From Eledone cirrhosa (lineage: Eukaryota), in assembly GCA_964016885.1 (NCBI GenBank), contig OZ024752.1, forward strand, positions 16,430,001 to 16,494,000: a stretch of 64,000 nucleotides of DNA, written 5' to 3'. This document shows, piece after piece, positions 31,001-49,000 of the stretch; position 1 is the stretch's first letter; every line of letters starts with the position of its first letter. Made by a program: the position numbers and the translations under genes. The notes under the pieces are model-generated. The model was not told the DNA's origin. It did not search any database and was given only the letters and a program-made list of their open reading frames with translations.

Positions 31001-34000
31001 ACCATCTACCAACAACCATCTACCAACAACCATCTACCAACAACCACCTACCGACAACCACCTACCAACAACCATCTACCAACAACCATCTACCAACAAC
31101 CATCTACCAACAACCACCTACCAACAACCACCTACCAACAACCATCTACCAACAACCTTCTACCACCAACCACCTACCAACAACCACCTACCAACAACCA
31201 CCTACCACCAAACATCTACCTACAACCACCTACTGACAACCATCTACCACCAACCATCTACCCACAACCACCTACCAACAACCATCTACCACCAACCATC
31301 TACCCACAACCACCTACCAACAACCATCTACCATCAACCATCTACCCACAACCATCTACCACCAACCATCTACCTACAACCACCTACTGACAACCATCTA
31401 CCACCAACCATCTACCCACAACCACCTACCAACAACCATCTACCACCAACCATCTACCCACAACCACCTACCACCAACCACCTACCAACAACCATCTACC
31501 ACCAACCACCTACCTACAACCACCTACTGACAACCATCTACCACCAACTATCTACCCACAACCACCTACCAACAACCATCTACCACCAACCACCTACCAA
31601 CAACCATCTACCAACAACCATCTACCAACAACCATCTACCAACAACCACCTACCACCAACCACCTACCAACAACCACCTACCACCAATCATCTACCAACA
31701 ACCATCTTCCCACAACCACCTACCAACAAACATCTACCAACAACCACCTACAAACAACCATCTACCAACAACCATCTACCAACAACCACCTACCAACAAC
31801 CACCTACCACTAACCATCTACCACCAACCATCTACCAACAACCACCTACCAACAACCACCTACCAACAACCACCTACGAACAACCACCTACCACCAACAA
31901 TCTACCAACAACCATCTACCCACAACCACCTACCAACAACCATCTACCAACAACCACCTACCAACAACCATCTACCAACAACCATCTACCAACAACCACC
32001 TACCAACAACCACCTACCACCAACCATCTACCAACAACCACCTACCACCAACCATCTACCAACAACCATCTACCCACAACCACCTACCAACAACCATCTA
32101 CCAACAACCATTACCGACAACCTCCTACCAACAAAAAATCTACCAACAACCACCTACCAACAACCACCTACCACCAACCACCTACCAACAACCACCTACC
32201 AACAACCACCTACGAACAACCACCTACCACCAACCATCTACCAGCAACCATCTACCCACAACCACCTACCAACAACCATCTACCAACAACCATCTACCAA
32301 CAACCACCTACCAACAACCACCTACCACCAACCATCTACCAACAACCACCTACCAACAACCATCTACCAACAACCATCTACCAACAACCACCTACCAACA
32401 ACCACCTACCACCAACCATCTACCAAGAACCACCTACCACCAACCATCTACCAACAACCATCTACCCACAACCACCTACCAACAAGCATCTACCAACAAC
32501 CACCTACCAACAACCATCTACCAACAACCATCTACCAACAACCACCTACCAACAACCACCTACCACCAACCACCTACCAACAACCACCTACCAACAACCA
32601 CCTACGAACAACCACCTACCACCAACCATCTACCAGCAACCATCTACCCACAACCACCTACCAACAACCATCTACCAACAACCATCTACCAACAACCACC
32701 AACCAACAACCACCTACCACCAACCATCTACCAACAATCATCTACCAACAACCACCTACCAACAACCACCTACCACCAACCATCTACCAACAATCATCTA
32801 CCAACAACCACCTACCAAAAACCACCTACCACCAACCATCTACCAACAATCATCTACCAACAACCATCTACCAACAACCACCTACCAACCACCATCTACC
32901 AACAACCACCTACCAACAGCCATCTACCAACAACCACCTACCAACCCCCATCTACCAACAACCACCTATCAACCACCATCTACCAACAACCACCTACCAC
33001 CAACCATCTACCTACAACCACCTACCACCAACCATCTACCACCAACCACCTACCAACAACCACCTACCAACAACCACCTACCACCAACCATCTACCTACA
33101 ACCACCTACTGACAACCATCTACCACCAACCATCTACCCACAACCACCTACCAACAACCACCTACCAACAACCATCTACCACCAACCACCTACCAACAAC
33201 CACCTACCAACAACCATCTACCAACAACCACCTACCAACCACCATCTACCAACAACCACCTACCAACAACCATCTACCAACAACCACCTACCAACAACCA
33301 CCTACCAACAACCACTTACCACCAACCATCTACCTACAACCACCTACCACCAACCATCTACCCACAACCACCTACCAACAACCATCTACCACCAACCATC
33401 TACCAACAACCACCTACCAACAACCATCTACCAACCACCACCTACCAACAACCACTTACCACCAACCATCTACCTACAACCACCTACCAACAACCACCTA
33501 CCAACAACCATCTACCTACAACCACCTACCTACAACCACCTAGCACCAACCACCTACCAACAACCATCTACCAACAACCACCTACCAACAACCACTTACC
33601 ACCAATCATCTACCTACAACCACCTACCAACAACCATCTACCAACAACCATCTACCAACAACCATCTACCAATAACCACTTACCACCAACCACCTACCAA
33701 CAACCACCTACCAACAACCACCTACCACCAACCACCTACCTACAACCATCTACCAACAACCACCTACCAACCACCACCTACCAACAACCACTTACCACCA
33801 ACCATCTACCAACAACCACCTACCAACAACCACCTACCAACAACCATCTACCAACAACCACCTACCAACAACCACCTACCACCAACCATCTACCAACAAC
33901 CACCTTCCACCAACCACCTACCAACAACCATCTACCACCAACCATCTACCAACAACCACCTTCCACCAACCACCTACCAACAACCATCTACCACCAACCA

Positions 34001-37000
34001 TCTACCAACAACCATCTAGCACCAACCACCTACCTACAACCACCTACCAACAACCATCTACCTCAACCATCTACCTACAACCACCTACCTACAACCACCT
34101 ACCAACAACCACCTACCACCAACCATCTACCAACAACCACCTACCACCAACCATCTACCTACAACCACCTACTACCAACCATCTACCACCAACCATCTAC
34201 CTACAACCACCTACCTACAACCACCTACCAACAACCATCTACCAACAACCACCTACCGACAACCACCTACCACCAACCACCTACCTACAACCTTCTACCA
34301 ACAACCATCTACCAACAACCACCTTCCACCAACCATCTACCAACAACCACCTACCACCAACCACCTACCTACCACCACCTACCACCAACCACCTACCTAC
34401 AACCACCTACCTGCAACCACCTACCAACAACCACCTACCAACAACCATCTACCAACAACCATCTACCACCAACCACCTACCACCAACCAACAACCACCTA
34501 CCACCAACCACCTACCTACAACCACCTACCTACAACCACCTATCAACAACCACCTACCGACAACCACCTACCACCAAGCATCTACCACCAACCACCTACC
34601 ACCAACCATCTACCACCAACCATCTACCAACAACCTCCTACCAACAAACACCTACCACCTACCAACAACCACCTACCAACAACCACCTACGAACAACCAC
34701 CTACCAACAACCATCTACCAACAACCACCTACCAACAACCACCTACCACCAACCATCTACCAACAACCACCTACCACCAACCATCTACCAAGAAAAAATC
34801 TACCAACAACCACCTACCAACAACCACCAACCACCTACCAACAACCACCTACCAACAACCACCTACGAACAATCACCTACCAACAACCATCTACCAACAA
34901 CCACCTACCAACAACCACCTACCACCAACCATCTACCAACAACCACCTACCAACAACCATCTACCAACAACCATCTACCAACAACCACCTACCAACAAAC
35001 ACCTACCACCAACCATCTACCAACAACCACCTACCACCAACCATCTACCAACAACCATCTACCCACAACCACCTACCAACAAGCATCTACCAACAACCAC
35101 CTACCAATAAACATCTACCAATAACCATCTACCAACAACCACCTACCAACAACCACCTACCACCAACCACCTACCAACAACCACCTACCAACAACCACCT
35201 ACGAACAACCACCTACCACCAACCATCTACCAACAACCATCTACCCACAACCACCTACCAACAACCATCTACCAACAACCATCTACCAACAACCACCAAC
35301 CAACAACCACCTACCACCAACCATCTACCAACAATCATCTACCAACAACCACCTACCAACAACCACCTACCACCAACCATCTACCAACAATCATCTACCA
35401 ACAACCACCTACCAACAACCACCTACCACCAACCATCTACCAACAATCATCTACCAACAACCATCTACCAACAACCACCTACCAACCACCATCTACCAAC
35501 AACCACCTACCAACAGCCATCTACCAACAACCACCTACCAACCCCCATCTACCAACAACCACCTACCAACCACCATCTACCAACAACCACCTACCACCAA
35601 CCATCTACCTACAACCACCTACCACCAACCATCTACCACCAACCATCTACCAACAACCACCTACCAACAACCACCTACCACCAACCATCTACCTACAACC
35701 ACCTACTGACAACCATCTACCACCAACCATCTACCCACAACCACCTACCAACAACCACCTACCAACAACCATCTACCACCAACCACCTACCAACAACCAC
35801 CTACCAACAACCATCTACCAACAACCACCTACCAACCACCATCTACCAACAACCACCTACCAACAACCATCTACCAACAACCACCTACCAACAACCACCT
35901 ACTAACAACCACTTACCACCAACCATCTACCTACAACCACCTACCACCAACCATCTACCCACAACCACCTACCAACAACCATCTACCACCAACCATCTAC
36001 CAACAACCACCTACCAACAACCATCTACCAACCACCACCTACCAACAACCACTTACCACCAACCATCTACCTACAACCACCTACCAACAACCACCTACCA
36101 ACAACCATCTACCTACAAACACCTACCTACAACCACCTACCACCAACCACCTACCAACAACCATCTACCAACAACCACCTACCAACAACCACTTACCACC
36201 AACCATCTACCTACAACCACCTACCAACAACCATCTACCAACAACCATCTACCAACAACCATCTACCAACAACCACCTACCAACAACCACCTACCAATAA
36301 CCACTTACCACCAACCACCTACCAACAACCACCTACCAACAACCACCTACCACCAACCACCTACCTACAACCATCTACCAACAACCACCTACCAACCACT
36401 ACCTACCAACAAACACTTACCACCAACCATCTACCAACAACCACCTACCAACAACCACCTACCAACAACCATCTACCAACAACCACCTACCAACAACCAC
36501 CTACCACCAACCATCTACCAACAACCACCTTCCATCAACCACCTACCAACAACCATCTACCACCAACCATCTACCAACAACCACCTTCCACCAACCACCT
36601 ACCAACAACCATCTACCACCAACCATCTACCAACAACCATCTTGCACCAACCACCTACCTACAACCACCTACCAACAACCATCTACCACCAACCATCTAC
36701 CTACAACCACCTACCTACAACCACCTACCAACAACCACCTACCACCAACCATCTACCAACAACCACCTACCACCAACCATCTACCTACAACCACCTACTA
36801 CCAACCATCTACCACCAACCATCTACCTACAACCACCTACCTACAACCACCTACCAACAACCATCTACCAACAACCACCTACCGACAACCACCTACCACC
36901 AACCACCTACCTACAACCATCTACCAACAACCATCTACCAACAACCACCTTCCACCAACCATCTACCAACAACCACCTACCACCAACCACCTACCTACAA

Positions 37001-40000
37001 CCACCTACCACCAACCACCTACCTACAACCACCTACCTACAACCACCTACCAACAACCACCTACCACCAACCATCTACCAACAACCATCTACCACCAACC
37101 ACCTACCACCAACCAACAACCACCTACCACCAACCACCTACCTACAACCACCTACCTACAACCACCTATCAACAACCACCTACCGACAACCACCTACCAC
37201 CAAGCATCTACCACCAACCACCTACCACCAACCATCTACCACCAACCACCTACCAACAACCACCTACCACCAACCATCTACCAACAACCACCTACCGACA
37301 ACCACCTACCACCAACCATCTACCACCAACCACCTACCACCAACCACCTACCAACAACCACCTACCACCAACCACCTACCTACAACCACCTACCTACAAC
37401 CACCTACCAACAACCACCTACCAACAACCACCTACCAACAACCATCTACCAACAACCATCTACCAACAACCATCTACCTACAACCACCTACCGACAACCA
37501 CCTACCACCAACCATCTACCTACAACCACCTACCAACAACCATCTACCAACAACCACCTATCAACAACCACCTACCGACAACCACCTACCACCAACCACC
37601 TACCACCAACCATCTACCACCAACCATCTACCACCAACTACCTACCAACAACCACCTACCACCAACCATCTACCAACAACCACCTACCAACAGCCACCTA
37701 CCACCAACCATCTACCAACAACCACCTACCAACAACCACCTACAACCAACCATCTACCAACAACCACCTACCAACAACCACCTACCACCAACCATCTACC
37801 ACCAACCACCTACCAACAACCATCTACCAACAACCACCTACCAACAACCACCTACCACCAACCATCTACCAACAACCACCTACCACCAACCAACCACCAA
37901 CAACCACCTACCACCAACCATCTACCAACAACAACCTACCAACAACCATCTACCAACAACCACCTACCGACAACCATCTACCTACAACCACCTACCAACA
38001 ACCACCTACCACCAACCATCTACCAACAACCACCTACCACCAACCATCTACCAACAACCATCTACCCACAACTACCTACCAACAACCATCTACCAACAAC
38101 CATCTACCAACAACCACCTACCAACAACCATCTACCAACAACCACCTACCAACAACCACCTACCACCAACCACCTACCAACAACCACCTACCAACAACCA
38201 CCTACGAACAACCACCTACCAACAACCATCTACCAACAACCACCTTCCAACAACCACCTACCACCAACCATCTACCAACAACCACCTACCAACAACCATC
38301 TACCAACAACCATCTACCAACAACCACCTACCAACAACCACCTACCACCAACCATCTACCAACAACCACCTACCACCAACCATCTACCAACAACCATCTA
38401 CCCAAAACCACCTACCAACAACCATCTACCAACAACCACCTACCAACAACCTTCTACCAACAACCATCTACTAACAACCACCTACCAACAACCACCTACC
38501 ACCAACCACCTACCAACAACCACCTACCAACAACCACCTACGAACAACCAGCTACCACCAACCATCTCCCAACAACCATCTACCCACAACCACCTACCAA
38601 CAACCATCTACCAACAACCATCTACCAACAACCACCAACCAACAACCACCTACCACCAACCATCTACCAACAATCATCTACCAACAACCACCTACAAACA
38701 ACCACCTACCACCAACCATCTACGAACAACCATCTACCCACAACCACCTACCACCAACCATCTACCAACAGCCACCTACCACCAACCATCTACCAACAAC
38801 CATCTACCCACAACCACCTACCAACAACCATCTACCAACAACCACCAACCAACAACCACCTACCACCAACCATCTACCAACAATCATCTACCAACAACCA
38901 CCTACCAACAACCACCTACCACCAACCATCTACCAACAATCATCTACCAACAACCACCTACCAACAACCACCTACCACCAACCATCTACCTACAACCACC
39001 TACTGACAACCATCTACCACCAACCATCTACCCACAACCACCTACCAACAACCACCTACCGACAACCATCTACCACCAACCACCTACCAACAACCACCTA
39101 CCAACAACCATCTACCAACAACCACCTACCAACCACCATCTACCAACAACCACCTACCAACAACCATCTACCATCAACCACATACCAACAACCACCTACC
39201 AACAACCACTTACCACCAACCATCTACCTACAACCACCTACCACCAACCATCTACCCACAACCACCTACCAACAACCATCTACCACCAACCATCTACCAA
39301 CAACCACCTACCAACAACCATCTACCAACCACCACCTACCAACAACCACTTACCACCAACCATCTACCTACAACCACCTACCAACAACCACCTACCAACA
39401 ACCATCTACCTACAACCACCTACCTACAACCACCTACCACCAACCACCTACCAACAACCATCTACCAACAACCACCTACCAACAACCACCTACCAACAAC
39501 CACTTACCACCAACCATCTACCTAGAACCACCTACTGACAACCATCTACCACCAACCATCTACCCACAACCACCTACCAACAACCACCTACCAACAACCA
39601 TCTACCACCAACCACCTACCAACAACCACCTACCAACAACCACCTACCAACAACCACCTACCAACAACCATCTACCAACAACCACCTACCAACAACCACC
39701 TACCACCAACCATCTACCTACAACCACCTACTGACAACCATCTACCACCAACCATCTACCCACAACCACCTACCAACAACCACCTACCAACAACCATCTA
39801 CCACCAACCACCTACCAGCAACCACCTACCAACAACCATCTACCAACAACCACCTACCAACAACCATCTACCAACAACCAGCTACCAACAACCATCTACC
39901 AACAACCACCTACCAACAACCACCTACTAACAACCACTTACCACCAACCATCTACCTACAACCACCTACCACCAACCATCTATCCACAACCACCTACCAA

Positions 40001-43000
40001 CAACCATCTACCAACAACCACCTACCAACCACCACCTACCAACAAACACTTACCACCAACCATCTACCACCAACCATCTACCAACAACCACCTTCCACCA
40101 ACCACCTACCAACAACCATCTACCACCAACCATCTACCAACAACCATCTTGCACCAACCACCTACCTACAACCACCTACCAACAACCATCTACCACCAAC
40201 CATCTACCTACAACCACCTACCTACAACCACCTACCAACAACCACCTACCACCAACCATCTACCAACAACCACCTACCACCAACCATCTACCTACAGCCA
40301 CCTACTACCAACCATCTACCACCAACCATCTACCTACAACCACCTACCTACAACCACCTACCAACAACCATCTACCAACAACCACCTACCGACAACCACC
40401 TACCACCAACCACCTACCTACAACCATCTACCAACAACCATCTACCAACAACCACCTTCCACCAACCATCTACCAACAACCACCTACCACCAACCACCTA
40501 CCTACAACCACCTACCACCAACCACCTACCTACAACCACCTACCTACAACCACCTACCAACAACCACCTACCACCAACCATCTACCAACAACCATCTACC
40601 ACCAACCACCTACCACCAACCAACAACCACCTACCACCAACCACCTACCTACAACCACCTACCTACAACCACCTATCAACAACCACCTACCGACAACCAC
40701 CTACCACCAAGCATCTACCACGAACCACCTACCACCAACCATCTACCAACAACCACCTACCGACAACCACCTACCACCAACCATCTACCACCAACCACCT
40801 ACCACCAACCACCTACCAACAACCACCTACCACCAACCACCTACCTACAACCACCTACCTACAACCACCTACCAACAACCACCTACCAACAACCACCTAC
40901 CAACAACCATCTACCAACAACCATCTACCAACAACCATCTACCTACAACCACCTACCGACAACCACCTACCACCAACCATCTACCTACAACCACCTACCA
41001 ACAACCATCTACCAACAACCACCTATCAACAACCACCTACCGACAACCACCTACCACCAACCACCTACCACCAACCATCTACCACCAACCATCTACCACC
41101 AACTACCTACCAACAACCACCTACCACCAACCATCTACCAACAACCACCTACCAACAGCCACCTACCACCAACCATCTACCAACAACCACCTACCAACAA
41201 CCACCTACAACCAACCATCTACCAACAACCACCTACCAACAACCACCTACCACCAACCATCTACCACCAACCACCTACCAACAACCATCTACCAACAACC
41301 ACCTACCAACAACCACCTACCACCAACCATCTACCAACAACCACCTACCACCAACCAACCACCAACAACCACCTACCACCAACCATCTACCAACAACAAC
41401 CTACCAACAACCATCTACCAACAACCACCTACCGACAACCATCTACCTACAACCACCTACCAACAACCACCTACCACCAACCATCTACCAACAACCACCT
41501 ACCACCAACCATCTACCAACAACCATCTACCCACAACTACCTACCAACAACCATCTACCAACAACCATCTACCAACAACCACCTACCAACAGCCATCTAC
41601 CAACAACCACCTACCAACAACCACCTACCACCAACCACCTACCAACAACCACCTACCAACAACCACCTACGAACAACCACCTACCAACAACCATCTACCA
41701 ACAACCACCTTCCAACAACCACCTACCACCAACCATCTACCAACAACCACCTACCAACAACCATCTACCAACAACCATCTACCAACAACCACCTACCAAC
41801 AACCACCTACCACCAACCATCTACCAACAACCACCTACCACCAACCATCTACCAACAACCATCTACCCACAACCACCTACCAACAACCATCTACCAACAA
41901 CCACCTACCAACAACCTTCTACCAACAACCATCTACTAACAACCACCTACCAACAACCACCTACCACCAACCACCTACCAACAACCACCTACCAACAACC
42001 ACCTACGAACAACCAGCTACCACCAACCATCTCCCAACAACCATCTACCCACAACCACCTACCAACAACCATCTACCAACAACCATCTACCAACAACCAC
42101 CAACCAACAACCACCTACCACCAACCATCTACCAACAATCATCTACCAACAACCACCTACAAACAACCACCTACCACCAACCATCTACGAACAACCATCT
42201 ACCCACAACCACCTACCACCAACCATCTACCAACAACCACCTACCACCAACCATCTACCAACAACCATCTACCCACAACCACCTACCAACAAGCATCTAC
42301 CAATCAACCACCTACCAACAACCATCTACCAACAACCACCAACCAACAACCACCTACCACCAACCATCTACCAACAATCATCTACCAACAACCACCTACC
42401 AACAACCACCTACCACCAACCATCTACCAACAATCATCTACCAACAACCACCTACCAACCACCACCAACCACCAACCACCTACCACCAACCATCTACCAA
42501 CAACCACCTACCACCAACCATCTACCTACAACCACCTACCACCAACCATCTACCACCAACCACCTACCAACAACCACCTACCAACAACCACCTACCACCA
42601 ACCATCTACCTACAACCACCTACTGACAACCATCTACCACCAACCATCTACCGACAACCACCTACCAACAACCACCTACCGACAACCATCTACCACCAAC
42701 CACCTACCAACAACCACCTACCAACAACCATCTACCAACAACCACCTACCAACCACCATCTACCAACAACCACCTACCAACAACCATCTACCATCAACCA
42801 CATACCAACAACCACCTACCAACAACCACTTACCACCAACCATCTACCTACAACCACCTACCACCAACCATCTACCCACAACCACCTACCAACAACCATC
42901 TACCACCAACCATCTACCAACAACCACCTACCAACAACCATCTACCAACCACCACCTACCAACAATCACTTACCACCAACCATCTACCTACAACCACCTA

Positions 43001-46000
43001 CCAACAACCACCTACCAACAACCATCTACCTACAACCACCTACCTACAACCACCTACCACCAACCACCTACCAACAACCATCTACCAACAACCACCTACC
43101 AACAACCACCTACCAACAACCACTTACCACCAACCATCTACCTACAACCACCTACCAACAACCATCTACCAACAACCATCTACCAACATCCATCTACCAA
43201 CAACCACCTACCAACAACCACCTACCAACAACCACTTACCACCAACCACCTACCAACAACCACCTACCAACAACCACCTACCACCAACCACCTACCTACA
43301 ACCATCTACCAACAACCACCTACCACCAACCATCTACCTACAACCACCTACCACCAACCATCTACCACCAACCACCTACCAACAACCACCTACCAACAAC
43401 CACCTACCACCAACCATCTACCTAGAACCACCTACTGACAACCATCTACCACCAACCATCTACCCACAACCACCTACCAACAACCACCTACCAACAACCA
43501 TCTACCACCAACCACCTACCAACAACCACCTACCAACAACCACCTACCAACAACCACCTACCAACAACCATCTACCAACAACCACCTACCAACAACCACC
43601 TACCACCAACCATCTACCAACAACCACCTACCAACAACAATCTACCACCAACCATCTACCAACAACCACCTTCCACCAACCACCTACCAACAACCATCTA
43701 CCACCAACCATCTACCAACAACCATCTAGCACCAACCACCTACCTACAACCACCTACCAACAACCATCTACCACCAACCATCTACCTACAACGACCTACC
43801 TACAACCACCTACCAACAACCACCTACCACCAACCATCTACCAACAACCACCTACCACCAACCATCTACCTACAACCACCTACCACCAACCATCTACCAC
43901 CAACCATCTACCTACAACCACCTACCAACCACCATCTACCAACAACCACCTACCAACAACCATCTACCAACACCACCTACCAACCACCATCTACCAACAA
44001 CCACCTACCAACCACCACCAACCACCAACCACCTACCACCAACCATCTACCAACAACCACCTACCACCAACCATCTACCTACAACCACCTACCACCAACC
44101 ATCTACCACCAACCACCTACCAACAACCACCTACCAACAACCACCTACCACCAACCATCTACCTACAACCACCTACTGACAACCATCTACCACCAACCAT
44201 CTACCTACAACCACCTACCTACAACCACCTACCAACAACCACCTACCACCAACCATCTACCAACAACCACCTACCACCAACCACCTACCTACAACCACCT
44301 ACCTACAACCACCTATCAACAACCACCTACCGACAACCACCTACCACCAAGCATCTACCACCAACCACCTACCACCAACCATCTACCACCAACCACCTAC
44401 CAACAACCACCTACCACCAACCATCTACCAACAACCACCTACCGACAACCACCTACCACCAACCATCTACCACCAACCACCTACCACCAACAACCTACCA
44501 ACAACCACCTACCACCAACCACCTACCTACAACCACCTACCTACAACCACCTACCAACAACCACCTACCAACAACCACCTACCAACAACCATCTACCAAC
44601 AACCATCTACCAACAACCATCTACCTACAACCACCTACCGACAACCACCTACCACCAACCATCTACCTACAACCACCTACCAACAACCATCTACCAACAA
44701 CCACCTACCAACAGCCACATACCGACAACCACCTACCACCAACCACCTACCACCAACCATCTACCACCAACCATCTACCACCAACCACCTACCAACAACC
44801 ACCTACGACCAACCATCTACCAACAACCACCTACCAACAGCCACCTACCACCAACCACCTACCACCAACCATCTACCAACAACCACCTACCACCAACCAT
44901 CTACCAACAACCATCTACCCACAACTACCTACCAACAACCATCAACCAACAACCATCTACCAACAACCACCTACCAACAACCATCTACCAACAACCACCT
45001 ACCAACAACCACCTACCACCAACCACCTACCAACAACCACCTACCAACAACCACCTACGAACAACCACCTACCAACAACCATCTACCAACAACCACCTAC
45101 CAACAACCACCTACCACCAACCATCTACCAACGACCACCTACCAACAACCATCTACCAACAACCATCTACCAACAACCACCTACCAACAACCACCTACCA
45201 CCAACCATCTACCAACAACCACCTACCACCAACCATCTACCAACAACCATCTACCCACAACCACCTACCAACAACCATCTACCAACAACCACCTACCAAC
45301 AACCTTCTACCAACAACCATCTACTAACAACCACCTACCAACAACCACCTACCACCAACCACCTACCAACAAGCACCTACCAACAAGCACCTACCAACAA
45401 CCACCTACCACCAACCATCTCCCAACAACCATCTACCCACAACCACCTACCAACAACCATCTACCAACAACCATCTACCAACAACCACCAACCAACAACC
45501 ACCTACCACCAACCATCTACCAACAATCATCTACCAACAACCACCTACAAACAACCACCTACCACCAACCATCTACCAACAACCATCTACCCACAACCAC
45601 CTACCAACAACCATCTACCAACAACCATCTACCAACAACCACCAACCAACAACCACCTACCACCAACCATCTACCAACAATCATCTACCAACAACCACCT
45701 ACCAACAACCACCTACCACACAACCATCTACCAACAATCATCTACCAACAACCATCTACCAACAACCACCTACCAACCACCATCTACCAACAACCACCTA
45801 CCAACAACCATCTACCAACAACCACCTACCAACCACCATCTACCAACAACCACCTACCAACCACCACCAACCACCAACTACCTACCACCAACCATCTACC
45901 AACAACCACCTACCACCAACCATCTACCTACAACCACCTACCACCAACCATCTACCTACAACCACCTACCACCAACCATCTACCACCAACCACCTACCAA

Positions 46001-49000
46001 CAACCACCTACCAACAACCACCTACCACCAACCATCTACCTACAACCACCTACTGACAACCATCTACCACCAACCATCTACCCACAACCACCTACCAACA
46101 ACCACCTACCAACAACCATCTACCACCAACCACCTACCAACAACCACCTACCAACAACCATCTACCAACAACCACCTACCAACCACCATCTACCAACAAC
46201 CACCTACCAACAACCATCTACCATCAACCACCTACCAACAACCACCTACCAACAACCACTTACCACCAACCATCTACCTACAACCACCTACCACCAACCA
46301 TCTACCCACAACCACCTACCAACAACCATCTACCACCAACCATCTACCAACAACCACCTACCAACAACCATCTACCAACTACCACCTACCAACAACCACT
46401 TACCACCAACCATCTACCTACAACCACCTACCAACAACCACCTACCAACAACCATCTACCTACAACCACCTACCTACAACCACCTACCACCAACCACCTA
46501 CCAACAACCATCTACCAACAACCACCTACCAACAACCACCTACCAACAACCACTTACCACCAACCATCTACCTACAACCACCTACCAACAACCATCTACC
46601 AACAACCATCTACCAACATCCATCTACCAACAACCACCTACCAACAACCACCTACCAACAACCACTTACCACCAACCACCTACCAACAACCACCTACCAA
46701 CAACCACCTACCACCTACCACCTACCTACAATCATCTACCAACAACCACCTACCAACCACCACCTACCAACAACCACTTACCACCAACCATCTACCAACA
46801 ACCACCTACCAACAACCACCTACCAACAACCATCTACCAACAACCACCTACCAACAACCATCTACCACCAACCATCTACCAACAACCACCTTCCACCAAC
46901 CACCTACCAATAACCACCTACCACCAACCATCTTCCAACAACCACCTACCACCAACCATCTACCCACAACCACCTACCAAAAACCATCTACCACCAACCA
47001 TCTACCAACAACCACCTACCAACAACCATCTACCAACCACCACCTACCAACAACCACTTACCACCAACCATCTACCTACAACCACCTACCAACAACCACC
47101 TACCAACAACCATCTACCTACAACCACCTACCTACAACCACCTACCACCAACCACCTACCAACAACCATCTACCAACAACCACCTACCAACCACCACCTA
47201 CCAACAACCACTTACCACCAACCATCTACCAACAACCACCTACCAACAACCACCTACCAACAACCATCTACCAACAACCACCTACCAACAACCACCTACC
47301 ACCAACCATCTACCAACAACCACCTACCAACAACCATCTACCAACCACCACCTACCAACAACCACTTACCACCAACCATCTACCTACAACCACCTACCAA
47401 CAACCACCTACCAACAACCATCTACCTACAACCACCTACCTACAACCACCTACCACCAACCACCTACCAACAACCATCTACCAACAACCACCTACCAACC
47501 ACCACCTACCAACAACCACTTACCACCAACCATCTACCAACAACCACCTACCAACAACCATCTACCAACAACCACCTTCCACCAACCACCTACCAACAAC
47601 CATCTACCACCAACCATCTACCAACAACCACCTACCAACAACCACCTATCACCAACCACCTACCTACAACCACCTACCACCAACCACCTACCACCAACCA
47701 TCTACCACCAACCACCTACCAACAACCACCTACCACCAACCATCTACCAACAACCACCTACCACCAACCATCTACCACCAACCATCTACCACCAACCACC
47801 TACAACCAACCACCTACCAACAACCGCCTACCACCAACCACCTACCTACAACCACCTACCGACAACCACCTACCACCAACCATTTACCTACAACCACCTA
47901 CCAACAACCATCTACCAACAACCACCTACCAACAACCACCTACCACCAACCACCTACCTACAACCACCTACCAACAACCACCTACCGACAACCACCTACC
48001 ACCAACCACCTACTACCAACCATCTACCACCAACCATCTACCACCAACCACCTACCAACAACCACCTACCACCAACCATCTACCAACAACCACCTACCAA
48101 CAACCACCTACCACCAACCATCTACCAACAACCACCTACCAACAACCACCTACCACCAACCATCTACCAACAACCACCTACCAACAACCACCTACCACCA
48201 ACCATCTACCACCAACCACCTACCAACAACCATCTACCAACAACCACCTAACAACAACCACCTACCACCAACCATCTACCAACAACCACCTACCACCAAC
48301 CACCTACCAACAACCACCTACCACCAACCATCTACCAACAACCACCTACCAACAACCATCTACCAACAACCACCTACCGAAAACCATCTACCTACAACCA
48401 CCTACCAACAACCACCTACCACCAACCATCTACCACCAACCACCTACCACCAACCACCTACCAACAACCATCTACCTACAACCACCTACCAACAACCATC
48501 TACCAACAACCATCTACCTACAACCACCTACCGACAACCACCTACCAACAACCACCTACCACCAACCATCTACCTACAACCACCTACCACCAACCACCTA
48601 CCAACAACCATCTACCACCAACCACCTACCACCAACCACCTACCAACAACCACCTACCGACAACCATCTACCATCAACCATCTACCTGCAACCACCTACC
48701 ACCAACCACCTACCAACAACCATCTACCACCAACCACCTACCACCAACCACCTACCAACAACCACCTACCGACAACCATCTACCATCAACCATCTACCTA
48801 CAACCACCTACCAACAACCATCTACCAACACCCACCTACCAACAACCACCAACCACCAACCATCTACCAACAACCATCTACCAACAACCATCTACCACCA
48901 ACCACCTTCCAACAACCATCTACCAACAACCACCTACCAACAACCACCTACCACCAACCACCTACCTACAACCACCTACCACCAACCATCTACCTACAAC

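Noticed and set aside
36642-41939. 610-aa and 596-aa mucin/extensin-like proteins as genes
   Set aside because: They begin at a chance TTG variant inside the satellite, are duplicates of one HOR block, and are indistinguishable from the surrounding array. Not called as CDS.
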